Source: Amphiscolops sp. MND2022 (Eukaryota). Taken from it: 64,000 bases of DNA. Positions 1 through 13,804 of this stretch are shown in pieces. The notes under the pieces were generated by a model. The model had not been told where the DNA came from. It worked only from the letters and a program-made list of their open reading frames with translations, and made no database searches. The DNA is taken from NCBI GenBank assembly GCA_964187785.1, contig OZ076409.1, positions 54,066,001 through 54,130,000 of the forward strand, read 5' to 3'. Position numbers and translations under genes: made by a program. The first letter of the stretch is position 1. Every line of letters starts with the position of its first letter.

Positions 1-1262
1 GCCGGAAAAAGATAAACAACCCCCACCTAGGAGACAAGTATTGCCAGTGATTCGAATTTGTCCAAAACCCGTATGGCCAGATATATCATGAGACGTTTCA
101 TAAAAACTACACATTATTTCTTTGCAGTTATAAATCCTGGAGAATTACGGAACTAAATGGAGTTTACAACAAGATTAAGCATAAATGGGGCGAAAAGGTT
201 AAGCAAAATTAATTCCCAATATTTGCTTTCGTGTTTGGATTGTTTCTTATGCCAAATTAGCCGCTGATATTTCTCTGGAACGTAGGGAGGCAGCTCAATC
301 GTTGGCATTTGTTGGATCTATATTGCGAAATATGGAGAAAGTATATTGAAAATATATTATGAGAGTCTTCAATGCAAAGAGTATGTACGTCAAATTTGAG
401 GCTCTTTGTAAGTGAAGCCGTGTCATTACACAGATTATGAGAGAGGTTGATTGTTGTGCGCACATTGCAGCGACATTTTGACAGAGGATTCGAAGTGGAT
501 CTGTGGTAAATTGTTAGAATCCTCCGGTTGGTAACTCACATGAGGTTTGGGGATATATTTATCGTTTTTTAATCCCCTCTTGTTTATTAATGGATTACCG
601 TGCCATGCCAGATCGCAGTGAAAGTTCCAGCTCCTGCATTGCTCCACATATACGGTGCCAGGGTGTCCGCCACGCAAGTAATTCGCCAGCAGTTTCAGCT
701 CAAGTTACACCGTTACAACTAATTTCATTACCCGGCGGTCCAGGTTTAAACACCAGCAGCCAAGGATCTACTACAGTGCCAGCTATTCCTCAAACTCTAG
801 CACCAGCAGTAGCCCAACCAAGTTTTCCCCGTCGCTTCCTCAGTAATAATGCTAACGTGGTCCTAGTTGACAACACTGAACGCCACCTACCTACCAAAGG
901 TCCTAGAAAATTTTGAAAAGTCACGACCTAGATATGAGCTCCAGCTGTCGGGAAAATTTGAAAGATCTGTGGAGAAAAAATTAGGGCTCTGGAAATTTCA
1001 AGCTGTGGATTCAATAAATCGCCACACAATGTACCTGTCAAATTAGAAGTTACGTCATTGAAAGTTTTGGAGCAGAAATTACAAGTCTTTCATAGAACTA
1101 CTGTTCAACAATTGTAAAATCTTTGAACTATGTCCTGAAAATTAGAAATACTTTTGCAGATTTCAGAAACTTGCCTTTCTTGAAATCGGCCTCAATTTAA
1201 TTCCAGCAAAAACTCATGAGAAACTTTGAGCTCACAGGATATTCAATAGTTGTCAACTAGGA

Positions 1263-1991
1263 ATGGAACAAGATTTTCTTCAACAAACAGAGCACCATAG
1301 CCAATCATCACAAGGTTTCGAAGATTTACCAGACGTGAAAGTTTACGCCGACTCTATTTCCTCCCCTGGAGATTCCGGAGTCTTGAGTTGCAACAATTCC
1401 ATTTACTCCTCCTCTGGTTTTACTCCCTGTACCCCTGGAAGTACCCCCGACGTTAACTCTAACCCCGCTTGCTCTTCGGAATCCAGGCACCAATTCGGCA
1501 TGAATAAAGAACATGGAATGAGTACTGAGTCTGTAAGTGCAACAAGTGGTTCACCCACACCGAGTCCCGAGGAGGGAACGTTCGAAATGCCCCGCCCCTT
1601 CATTTTACCTTCCGATGCAGCCGCTGCTGCTTCGGCCAATCAGCAGCAGGCACACCCAAGTGCATTCAAACCCTATTTACCTAAACCCCTCGTTTTACCC
1701 AACACCCTCCAGGAGTTAACAATGCCCTCTACAAGGTCAAGCACAGATTCTGACCCGAGAGGTAACTCAAATCCTGAGTCAATTTCATCCAATCACAGCA
1801 GCGGAAGAAATTCGATAATTAATTCGTTAAGGAACTCAATGGCTTCCTCGGAGTCGTCAAATTACTCAATTGTTTCCGAACACAGCAATCTCAGTGCAGG
1901 TCAAGACAGTCAACAGTTTTTACAACAAAACACGTTAAGAGACACAGATTCTGACAGTTTTTCTGCGTCTTTAACACCGACCGCTCGTATG
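1263..1991 (+). CDS. Probable first coding exon of the prickle-like gene: 243 aa Ser/Pro/Thr-rich, low-complexity N-terminus
   Basis: Long open, relatively GC-rich frame from ATG 1263 (in-frame TGA upstream at 1227). It ends at a strong donor ATG|GTAAGC (intron starts 1992, phase 0), which matches the phase-0 acceptor TTTCAG|AAG at 7306/7307. No domain homology recognised, so linkage rests on splice phase. Confidence 0.65.
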
Positions 1992-2879
1992 GTAAGCTCG
2001 CTCAAAATATATATATTTTCAAACAGTTTTTGGTGAAGTTGGTTTGTTTCTTTGGAATGAAAGACAAATTGCTGCTGTGGTTTTTTTAAAGACCAAGAGT
2101 TCAGTTATGGGTAGTTTCAGTCCCTAAAACTTGCGAATCGAATCGTTCGCTGAACAAATTTTTTACGTGCGAGTTCTTCAGTGCAGATGGTTTTGGCTTT
2201 TTTTCCAACAAAGCTTCAAACTCAACTCAACAAAGTGCATTCTTAAACAGGTGCTTCAGAAATCCGATTCCAATTGGTTTCGAACATTCTCAGTAATACT
2301 TCACCGACGGAGTTGAAAGAGTCTTTTTGGACACAAATCCTGATAAAGCTAAGTCATACAATTTAATACTCATTGGTAATAATGGCTGTCCGTTTTGCAA
2401 AAAAAAAGGATAAACATGGATTTGTTTTGTTTCAAAATGTTTGAAGACAAATGTTCTTAGCAGAATATTTTAGGCCTTGGAAAAATTGAATAGCTTTTAC
2501 TGTAGGATTTTATTGGCCTTCGTTGCAGAAACAAAAGGCACAAAAACGTTCATAATATGTCTAGTTTTTAGCAATTTGAGTGAAAATTGAATTCCCTGCA
2601 TTAAAGCGTTGAACAAAGTTGAAGGTTTTTGTTTAATTTTTGGCCTCGAAGGTAATTATTTTTCTTTAAAAACAATGAACAGATGATTAAAAAGGTGAAA
2701 GTGCGAATCAAAAATTGACAATCCCATTGAGGTTCGATCTCATTACTTGCATCTTGAACAAATTTCCTCTCGAGCCATCTCATTAGATGGAACCGATACG
2801 AGGAAATTTTGGAATTTTGATGTAATTATGAACTGTTTTGCAGTTTTCTCAGCCCGTAGTCACCCTTGGAGAAATGTCG

Positions 2880-2881
<2 letters not shown>

Positions 2882-2921
<40 letters not shown>
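2882..2921. repeat. (TC)20 microsatellite
   Basis: Direct reading of the perfect dinucleotide run. Confidence 0.95.
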
Positions 2922-2925
<4 letters not shown>

Positions 2926-5900
2926 TCTGGTCTAAATCCGCTTGGATGGCTTCGTAATTTTTCTGCTTGTTTTTTTGTTCTTCCAAAAGCCAAGATTGCT
3001 CAGAAAAATAGGCTGACATTAAGTTCTAAAGCATATTGACCGTCAAACACCAAAATACGAGGAAAATGATTCATCAGTTGAAGTGAAATTTCAAAAATCA
3101 GGTTGGATAAAATAATAATAAACAATAATGAATAGATGGTTTCATGTTATTAATTTTGATCCCAACACGATATCAAACAAATATAAAGAAAGCCCAAGAT
3201 TTTTTATTTAAAAATTGACCATTGTTATGATTTTTGAAAAAATACATATTTATTTTGAGATGAATTTTTTTATTTCTTCGTCAGTTTTTCTCTTTTCGAA
3301 CAAAACAGAAACCACTTTAGATTTACTTTGTCACTTTTAGTTTCTGGTTTCACTGAACCAGTGGCAATCCCTGAAACTAAAGCAGGATTTTCTCTCCAGT
3401 TTCTCTCGAGCAGTGATTCACCAATGACTATATTTGTTAGAACTTTACAAAAACACCAAATTTGGACATTCATTTTCTAGGCCCCTGAAATAACTAACTG
3501 GTCACATGTGTTGATTCCGCTAAAAAATCTGAGATTATTGTGGTGGCATGTGTTTATCGCAAGTCAGAGATTGTCAGTCAATTCACACTCTTGTTTTCCT
3601 ATGGAGGCTAAATTTCATCATTTTGTTCAAATTTACAAGGCGGTCCAAAAACGGACCAGTAAAAACTGGCACCGATTCATCGGCTCCAACTAAAAACGTT
3701 CCAAGACTATTTTCAAATTTTCCATTTTTTTGCAATTTGACAGGTTTTTTATGGAACAAAGAAGTGATTGACAAGGCGCTTCCCTAAAGACACGAAACCA
3801 TTCGTCACATAAAATTGACCTTGTTACTGTATTTAACAGGAGCTTTACAAAAGCTATGCAATTGGAACATTTTTGTCAAACTTTAATCGTGTAATTATTT
3901 CCTCATTTATGTTGCCATAAAATTGTTTCCGTGCGACATAAATTAACCATGGTCAGTTTAGTTCATTGGTCGACCATAATTTTAAAAAGCTATAATATGT
4001 TGCATATCGCTATGAGCAAATGAACTCAATTTTAGTGTCATGTTACTCCTCCCAGGTCGTAACATTGCGACAGCTCATGGTAAATTTGTAAAATTTTTGT
4101 AAATTTAGTAAAATTTTGCCGTAATATGGAAAAAATTGCTACAAAAAGTTCCAAAACACTCGAAAGTTCTGCACCATATCACTCTTTTCTATGCAAAATG
4201 AACTATCTCTTTTGTGTCTCAACAATTTGACTTTTTCTTACTACGGTTTTTAATTGGGAACATCGAAAAACTTTTTGAAAAGTGAACTGTAAGTTTGTGT
4301 TCGCACTTTGATTTCTCAGAAACTGCGTCTCAATGAGGGACTTAAAAAGGTTTTCATTTTTTGTCATCTTTGAAAATATTTGTTATTTGAATCTATTCAG
4401 AAACTGTCAATCTAAAAATTGTTTACAAACATTTTCTGTGATGAAAAGGTCAGCAAACGGAACAAATTTTCAGCATTTCTGGTGGCCACATTCTGAAAAG
4501 CTGTTTCATTATCGTTTGAAGCTTCAGAGAACTATTGAACCCTCCCCCTAATACACAAAAATAGTCTGACCACTTAAATTCCCAGAAGTACCACAGCAGC
4601 TGCAAAATGGCATTTTCTATGAATACATTAAAAGTTCCCTGCTTTTTTCAATTATAATCGAAGGAACCATGCATCTGGGCAGTTTTTCAGAGAAACGTTG
4701 AAAAAATTTTGCAAATTATATCTTTATCGAAGTGATCCATTTTTGAAATTACGAAAAAACTATTACAATAATTAATTGATGGCTGAGAAAAATCAATAAA
4801 TCGAGAAGCAGTTCGAGCTGTGTGGAAGAAAAATCGATGAATATGGAATAGATTTGATTGCTAACGTGGTTTGCATTAACAACGAATCATAAAATTTGAA
4901 GAAATTCTTATGAAGATATTGCGTTTCAAGAACCGATTCAATTTTTTTTAATCACGTGCTCAAGTTGTGACGTCACCGTTAGTCACATTGTTTTTTCTGG
5001 AAATTTGCCGACTGCATTTTCATGGAAGTGTAATAATGGACAAAAATGAAATAGTCAACTATATCTACGATGATTATTTTTAAATCTATCTGATGTTCAT
5101 GAATTAATGAACGAAACAAGAGTTTCCAGAAAGAAGGATTTATTTTTTTAAAACGAGAATCGGCATAGGAACATCAAATTAAAGAAGCATGTACACTAGA
5201 TGCATGATTTAACGCTCTCTTTTGATTTTAAGGCAGAACAAACTTCCTTTTTTACAGTATGAACTCATTACCCCCGGGAAGAAAAGTCTTAGAAAATCCG
5301 AAGAAAACCCTAGGGTTTTAAGCCCTTGTGAGTTCGCTTTAGTGTTTTCTTGCCACTCTAATATATGTATTGACAAAATTGGCGATTTTCGTTCAAAGCT
5401 CCTTGAAGATGCGAATTAGCTAATCCTTTTGTTTCTTAACGCAGTGAAAACTCATACCAACAAAAAAGACAAAGTTGATCAACAAAAACTGCATGAAACA
5501 GTCTGTATTTGAAAACTTGTACACTTTTTGGTTCATTTTATCCATCTTTTGCTGAAAAACAACGTATTTCTCTGTACGGGAGTATGCTTGGTACTTTTTG
5601 AAACGTCACTGCCTTTTCCGGATTATACCTCCCCGAAGCAAAATTTGGTACCATTTTGACAACCAAGTGGTCAAAGAATGAAGCTGTATTTTCAAACAGA
5701 AAAGCCCAAGGTCACAAACCTCTTTGCTCGTCGTTTCTCTTCTGTTTTCCCAATGTATTTATTTTTGGAATGCCCATACAACTACGCTAGAGATGAAGGA
5801 CTTGCTAAAAGCTAACACGGGTGAGAAATATTTGGAGCAAATACCGCCCCGATATAGGCTGAATTCTCTGAACCTACACCGTTCTCCCTGAATTAGGAAA

Positions 5901-6440
5901 TTCAAGTTCTTCTTGCACTTTTCACAAATTTTTGTAAAGGAGAAAAACTCAATATTTTCTCAAACAAAAATTTGCTAAGTAGCTATTGGTTTCAATTTTA
6001 ACTCTTTGGACGTTCTTACCCCCGAAAACATCCAAAAGTTGTACAGAATTGTATAAAACGTTCGAAAAATAAAAATTAACATTTAATGATTACTTACGCC
6101 CGACTTTTTGCAGAAAGCATGCTGGGTAGCTATTTTTTTTGTCGTGGAGCTCTGTGGAAATTTCAGACCCACTAAAATTTTCAAAAACTGACCAAAAACA
6201 GCATAAAACAGTCAAAAATGGAAAAATCGAGGATGTCGTTTTCGAGGTAAGTGGGGGATTTTTTGTAGACACTTTTTCATAATATGTTATATGAACCTGC
6301 GTTTACGGTAGTTGCTGCCTGTGGGAAAATCTCCGTATTTTGGCTTTGAAGTTGGAACATGGCAAAATATGGGGGAAAACGCACCCGAGGTAGTAGTTTC
6401 CTTTTCCATGAGGATGTGTGTACGAAAAAAATTACCTTCA

Positions 6441-7250
6441 TTTTTAGTCGGCGCTTTTTGTGAAGCAAAACATGTTCGACTCTTACAGTGATCCTTTTTT
6501 TCTCCAGACCACAGACCTCACACTGAAAGGTCCACTCTTTACAGAAACTACTAAAACTACTAAAGCCAAGTCCGGCCAGCAGAAACTTAGGGCAAAAGGT
6601 CCCCCTTTCATTTTCTTTTACTTTTTTAACGTAACCTACAAAACCGGACGAGACTTAAGGGTCCCCATTTCAATTTTTTTTCGGCGCTATGAGATTTTTT
6701 CGAAGTTTTTTTGTCTCCAAAGTTTCCCCCCTTCGATTTTATTGAAGTCCCCCCTTGTAATATCTGAAGTGAAGCGCTATATCCAAAAATTTTGAAGTTA
6801 TATCCGAACTATATTGCGTTTTATTAAAGAGGATGCGGAAGCTCGAAAACAGGAGTTTTTCATGAAAACGTCCTACGCATATTTCGTGAATTCTGAGCCT
6901 TAAATTTTTTGAGCCTTGAATATAGCGCCGACTTTGGACGTTCCCGTCTTGTTTTTATTCAAGACAGACTCGAATGCGACGAAAGTTTTGTTGTTTGTTC
7001 AACTAAACAAATACCTGGGAAACGCATCTAAGTTATTACAAAAGGTTTTCCTTTCATTTTTGATTTTTTAACAACCTACAAAACCGGACGAGACTAAAGC
7101 TTTCAATTTTTTAAGCTCTATGAGACTTTTTTATTAAGGAGGAGTCGGAGGTTCGAAAACAGGAGTTTCTCATTAAAACGTCCTATGTATATTTCAAATG
7201 TGCGCTTTGTGAGCCTTAGATATAGCGCCGACTTTAGACGTTCCCGTCTG
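6441..7250 (+). mobile_element. Helentron/Helitron2-like non-autonomous element (HINE family A), composite with two 3' ends
   Basis: Starts TTTTTAGTCGGCGC. The 3' module GCGCCGACTT..GACG-TTCC-CGTCT ends at ~6953 and recurs at ~7250. Confidence 0.75.
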
Positions 7251-7306
7251 ATTATTGATGAAAGTTTTTGTGTTCGGGAGTTTTATTAGCAGCTAGGATG
7301 TTTCAG

Positions 7307-7521
7307 AAGAAGTACGAAGATAGTGGTCGGCGCAACTCAGTTCCGAGTGTTGGTTCCTCTCCTACCTCGTTGACAGTGAGACCCAAGACTGGCAGCCAGA
7401 CCCAGACTCCAGTCTCGGAGTGCAGTGGCACCCGATTTAGACCCCAGAGTGCCAAGACTAATTACGACATGTGCGTCCTGTGTGACAAACAATGCAACAA
7501 CTTCCTCATGCACGAATGGAG
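7307..7521 (+). CDS. pk: prickle-like exon encoding the first half of the testin/prickle Cys-rich motif (CVLCDKQCNNFLMHEWR)
   Basis: Acceptor TTTCAG ends at 7306; donor AG|GTCAGT at 7521/7522 (phase 2). The peptide matches the C-x2-C-x3-C-x2-F-x2-H-x-W-R pattern of testin/LMCD1/Prickle3 N-termini. Confidence 0.85.
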
Positions 7522-9814
7522 GTCAGTATTCAACATACCATATTTCCATAAATAGGAACCTTTTTCAGGAAAATACCACCCTCCCCCTCCCCACTTTCTT
7601 GTATTTTGTGGTATTGCTTGATAAAAATATTGTTTCAATAGTCAACTGTATGATTTGACATGATGTCAGTGAAATAGAGAAAAAGATTTTTTAAAAGTAA
7701 TATCAAAAAGATATTATACAATTAAATTGAATTTCGTTCTAAAAAGGGGACAGAGCCCATCCTTCATTTCTTTTTTTTCAAAATACTCGCTCATTTGTTT
7801 CCCAGCTTCTTTGTTCACAACGAACCAAAAACTGAAATACCGATTCCGATTCTCTCAAAACTGATGGATGTGTGTCAGAACATTCATGGTTTCTTAAACT
7901 TCGTCTGTAAAATTAAAATGCCACCTTTTCATAATTTCACAAATTAATCACATATAATTCATCTTTTTAACAAGAGCTATCGTGAATCAATCGCAAAACA
8001 TCTGATAATGATTAATTCAAAGCAACTGTTTTTGCTGGCGAAATTATTGAGCAATTTTTGATGCTCGCGAAATTGTTGTTGTCAAAACAAATGTCTTAAT
8101 CGATAAGATGTCCGATTTAGATAGGAATCCACACAGTTTCGTCATATTCATTGCTACAGATATTTAATATTTTCGGTCACAATATTTGGTATGGTTGAAT
8201 ATTTGACATGTGCTGACAAAGGAGCTCAATTCAAAGTCCGTTGAATAAAAGTTTCTTTGAGCCGGCGCTTTAAAGCTGTTAAATAACTATTTTTCAGAAT
8301 CAAACTATTGAAACGTCAAATTGAAAGTTTCAGTTGTTGTGAAAAACAATTGTAGAAAATATAGAGCTAAACATCAGACACATTCGCCGGATAACTATTT
8401 AAAATGATCAAGTAAGCTGTTGAATTGAAAAAAACTTCCAACGAAACTTGTAGTTGGTGAAATGAGAACCCAATCAAAAGACTTGGCCGCCTTGATAGCA
8501 TTCATTCTTTGAGAAAAAAACAAATGGTGACTTTACTTTCAAATTCTAAAGTTCAAGTTATCTACGAGTTCTGCAAAAAAGTTTCGAGAGAAAAATTAAT
8601 GATGTTTGACAGAGGTCAAAATTTATGTTACGAAGTGTTCGCTAAGCACCGTGGTACTTTCTGCTTTTCGAAATGGCCAGAATTTAATAAATGTTGGGAT
8701 TTTCACTTGTGCTACAACCAAAAAAGTTCAAAATCAACCAATTTTGATTTAGTTAACTTAATACCTCTTTGAGATTTTTAACCTGCAACCTACAATGGAG
8801 GCTTATTGGAGGTCGTTGATTTGGAATTAGTAATATCCTAAATTGGGGAAACTTCACAACGAAGAATTTAAAAGGAAAATCCACTTGCTGCTTGGTCGAT
8901 ATTTCCTGTTTCCTTGTGCTTATGTTGAGTGCAGAGCAAAAATCACTCAGAAAAAAAATCAGCCCTTCCCTACCTTCAAGAGGCACTGAATATAAAACAA
9001 TAGAGTAAAAAGTTTTCCAAAAACTTTCTGAATTTTGAAAAATATTTTAGTGAACAAAATTGAATTTTCACAATGTAATGACTGGCAAATTTATGAAAAA
9101 CAACAAAACTCGAGCGTAGCTGATACACTGCTAAATTTGAACAAAAAATTATAATGTTTTAAAACTTTCTGGAGGTTTTGAGACAACCATTTGAGACATT
9201 TTTTTAAATGAAAAAGCATCTAATTTTTGCTGATTTGGCCTTTTCAATATATTAATATTTTTCAAAATGAAGTGCACATATTTTAACATAGACATATGCT
9301 GCGAACATATTTTTTAGTTGTTCAAGTCTGTGGGGAAAATTTCTTACAGCGCGGTCAAAAAGAAATGGGACATGAGAAATATTCTTGCGAACTTACGGTG
9401 CAAAGTGCTCAAAAGCACCCTCGAGTACCTGTTTTATGTTGACACGAAAATTTCCTAAAATTTCAAATAGTTTCGAAGCGTTTTTGTTATAAATTTTTGT
9501 TAGCAAAAATGAAAAGGTTTGAAAATGACGTTCTCGTTTGCAGTAAGATGGGGAGCTGTCTTTCAGATTCAAATTTTAATAGTTGGAAACTAAAAATTTG
9601 TTGATTTTCTTTCAATGTTCTGGATAGGTAGAGTGTTCTGTTCTATCTATAGAAGATTCAATTTTCTGGTGTTGAAAATGGCATTGAAAACATTACTTTT
9701 TCGGAGACGCCATTCTTTCTGTATGTTGTGAAGATGAAGTATACAAGTCGTCTTCCTCCGAGATCATCCATTTATGATGAAGTTTGGAAGGAAGGAGGGA
9801 AGTAAAGTGGGAAG

Positions 9815-12440
9815 TTTTTTCATTCAGATGCAAACATCAAAAGTTTAAATATACATAAATAAATACATTGATGGAATCTGAAAAGGACAGAGAATGAGCT
9901 TATACAGCTCGTCGAGTCTTTGCCCTGAGAATAAATTATGCAGCAACCTAATATACTATTTCCAACTATGGGCAGGTTTATCTTTTTATCTCGCATAAAA
10001 CGGGTAGAGAAAAAAAGTTTGGGTAACGAGATGAAGAAAACAACACGTTTCAGCAGAAAACATTTGAAAAACAAGTTTTTCAAGTCCTGACTATCTTTGA
10101 TGTACAAGTTACATATAGTTTTGAGATAGCGTTTTCTTTGATAATCAGGTAGTGATGAGGTTAGAGGGAAGCAGATCCATACTAGTCAACGAATTGTAGC
10201 ATTTGCGTAGATTGTTTTTCAATTATTTACTTTTCGTGGCTTTTCGACTGTAAATTATGGTTATTAATCATTTCGCAGAACGTCGAGTTTCATACAGATT
10301 CCGATTATCCATTTCATCTCGAAATCTAGCGCAGAGTTTGATCGCAAGTAATTAAAGATTTCGCGAAAATTTCCGATAATGAATATTTCGTAAATTGTCA
10401 GAATGTTCGTTTGTTCGTAAACATCCTCAGGCTCTCAAACTTTTTTTGAAAAAAATGCTCTAAGAATACATACAACGCCGAGCTTCGTCAATGATTTCAA
10501 AACTGTCGTTTTTGTGGTCACTCCCAAAAGTTAATAAACCATAACTGATGATAGTTTTAGCATAAGAATTATAAAAAGTTGAAAGACTTTTCTTCAGGTA
10601 CCTAAACCTGACTCTTTTTAACCCTGGGGGTTTGCCAATTCGGAACGAAATTCACATTTTGAAGAATTGATGGACAGTTTGTTGCAAGCAATCAATTTGT
10701 TATTTCATTTATATCATGTTGAATTGTTGATAAGTTTTGTTTTCGCAGTGGAACAGGGAAGTATCGTCTGAACATATTGCGATTTCACTTTTTGTTGAAC
10801 AAACAGCGGCTAGGTCCGTGAAATAAACTAGAAAAAGGAAAGGCCTTAAAATTGAACACTGAGGAACACCAACAACATTGTTTTGTGACCTGATAAAGGT
10901 TTCCGGAGTGAAACGATCAACACATTCAATCATCGTTCGTGAGAATTTCTCCGTTTCGATTATCGTACGGTGTAGTTCTGTTTAAATTTTTGATCTAACA
11001 AAAAAGAAACCTTAGTGCATTTTCGCCTTTATTACCACGAAGGTCTCTTGCCTTTCGAAGAGAGGGTTTAGTTTTAGTCCACCTGTTGATAGAGGCATCT
11101 CACTTAGAACATTAAAATGTTCACTAATTGTTGTGGGAATTGTCTGCATTTGCATTTGGAAGCTTGTGATGAAATGATCCAAACATTTGTTGGCTGATAT
11201 TTTTGCTGTTTAAAATCAAACGCGTACAGTAACTTTTCATAATCACTTCTGGAATTAGAATCTATAAGTGTATCAAAATTGAAGTCTCCAAAAACAACAG
11301 TCTCTTGTTTTTTCAGGCTTCTCAAACTTGACAATAACTCTTCAAACTGCTGCACAAATGTCTTCTAACTTGTGCCTCTGAGGTCTATAAACGACACAAA
11401 AGTACAGTATTTGGTTGTTACCTAAATCCACCTCTTTTGTAAGACATTCTCTTTTTGTTTCAAAGAGCAAGGGCTTGTACGTAACAGATTCTTGAACAAA
11501 AATGGCCACACCCCCTCTTTCTTGGCATGAGGTGCGAGGTTTGGACTCGAGAAGATGATACCCTGAAAGCGTTAGTTTGTTGATGGAGTCATTTTCGGTA
11601 AGCCACGTTACTGTTGAGGCCATGATTCTAGGCATCTTCGAGAACTTTTCTAGCTCATTGAGCAAACCATCATGAAGACTTTTCAATGATTTATTATTTA
11701 GGCCCAATAGAAGATTGTTGTTTGTTAATAAAGGCTGCTGGTAATTGATTCTTGAAACAAAACATAAAGTTCTCACAAGAAGATGGAGAGAGATGGAGTT
11801 TAATTGATAGAAACGCGATAGTTGCTACTAACAACTTTTTTACTAGCACATAGTTTTGCGTGAAATCTTATGTTAATTACCGAAAATTATAAACTTTCGC
11901 CTTTCTAAGCTACCGTTTTACCAGCTGTATCTGTGGTATTTTGGTCATTTGATTTTTTTGTTGTTGGTGTCTGTGCATCTTCCACTTCACAGCCAGCAAA
12001 GTTCTTCAAAAATACTCCTCATTTTTCATTTTGAAATAGACAAATGATAAGCGCTGGATAAATACCTTTTGGTTTCCCCAGGGGATGACAAGCTCTGAAG
12101 TCTTCAGGGGAGGCGCTCTTATTCAGATAATCAAACAAAATTTGACACTAACCTGGCCTACATTTTTTCCAATTGGAAAATTTGTGTAAAAAAAGAATCC
12201 TTTGATAAATAACACTCCAGTGCCCTTTTCTCCAAATCCTCCACTCTGTTAGTAAGTTGAATAATTTCTTGGTCTCTTTCGGTATGCTTTTGGAACATCA
12301 ATTTGTTGAATAGGTTTCGATAATTTTCATGATCAAATTTTGAGATCACAGTTTGCAAATTTTCAGAGTTGATTTCGGTCGTTGTTGATGTTAAGTTTTG
12401 CTAGAATCTCGTTGTTGATAAACACGACCGCTCAGTGCAA
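9815..12440 (-). mobile_element. Decayed, internally deleted non-LTR retrotransposon (CR1/L2 group)
   Basis: Minus-strand fragments: APE endonuclease (GGVAIFV, CVVYRP, VVFGDFN; 11104-11776), RT (GVPQCSILRPFLFLVYFTDL..SDDTSLF; 10709-10933) and a coiled-coil ORF1-like piece (12158-12358). Many stops and frameshifts; ends approximate. Confidence 0.8.
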
Positions 12441-13304
12441 CATGAATAAGTTGTTTGTTTGGGATAAAAGGGAAACTCACAGAAAAAGGATCAGTGAATG
12501 ATTAGTAGCCTTAGGGCATATCAAAAGCAAATATTGAATAAAGTTGTTGGACCTAAAAAGTAATGGTGATAGAAGTTCCAATTAAACATCATCGTTCACT
12601 AAATAAAATTTTAAGACGATTTCATCTAGCTATTTGTTAACGATTTCCAGGGTTTTTTGAATTGTATTGCTTTTTAATTCAAATCCTTTTGTCCTGTTTC
12701 TTTATCACAGAACTGTAATTTTAGAGTAACAAGATGGGGAGCTTTGAAAAAATGCGACTAGTACGTTACTTCTTTTTCTCATAAGGAATATGTAGGATAA
12801 CTAACGCACAACTGCCGAGTTTTCACAGAACCAGGGATCATGATGGAACACGAACTAACTTATTGAGTCCTTTTATTTTTTTGTATACTTAAAGTAACTA
12901 AGCATATATTCAATGTATAGTCTATATATACAGAATAATATCTCACTGGTGATGTTCGTGAAGTCGAAAAATCAAAAATTGAAACTTTTTTGTGATCTGT
13001 TTTGCTTCAACGACAATTTTAGTGACGGCGGTAAGTGGGAAGCGTCAAGAAAATTTCTGAGCATCATCTCCATTTCATCAAAAGCTGAAAGCAATGGTCT
13101 CTTCTCATTGATTTGCAAGGCATTGATACAAATTTTGATTCAAATGAAAAAGAGTTTGATTAGAATCAATTCCATTTGCAGCTTTAGATGTTTCAATGCA
13201 AACCCATATTCCAAATCTTTCAAATACTATCCCTATTCTACACCGGGGTACCAAAAAGTTCGAAAAACCCATTTTAGCTTGAAACAATTTGAGAGCGCAA
13301 TATA

Positions 13305-13804
13305 TTTTTAGTCGGCGTTTTCGAAGAAAAACCCGACTCTTACGGTGGCTAGTTTTTTTAGCCTGTTCAACGCGATCGGTCCACTTTTTGTGCATTATGC
13401 ACTTTTACCATATGTACTTAGTACTTCATTTTCAACGCATCGAAAGCCTCTAACAAGCCATTCCAAAGCAGAAGGGTCCCCTTTTCCTTCGGCACTGTGA
13501 GACTGTTCAAATTTCTGATTTTTTTCCGAATTTTTTTTGCTCCAAAGGGTCCCCCCATCAATTTTTTTGATATTTTGCAACAGAATGGATGTTCAAAAAA
13601 TTATAAAGGGTCCCCCTTTTTATATTTTTCGGCACTATGCGACTTACCCGAGACTTGAAAAAAAATTCGAAAAAAATCGGAAACATTTTTACCTCAATTT
13701 TTAGTTTTTTGAGAGCTTTTGTTGTCTACAGTTGTAGAAAAAGTGATTTTCGAGTCTTATTGAGCCTTAGATATGGCGCCGACTTAGGCCGTTCCCGGCT
13801 TGTT
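13305..13804 (+). mobile_element. HINE family A copy (complete, ~500 bp)
   Basis: 5' TTTTTAGTCGGCG...CCCGACT hairpin; 3' GGCGCCGACTTAGGCCG-TTCC-CGGCTTGTT. Confidence 0.8.

Noticed and set aside
1992..2036. 1263-2036 ORF as a stand-alone single-exon gene
   Set aside because: Composition turns AT-rich right after a consensus GTAAG donor at 1992; the tail is read-through into the intron.
6441..6953. Classifying family A as a SINE or a classical MITE
   Set aside because: No poly(A)/simple-repeat tail or TSD, the tRNA-like part is internal and optional, and the inverted repeats are asymmetric rather than terminal at both ends.
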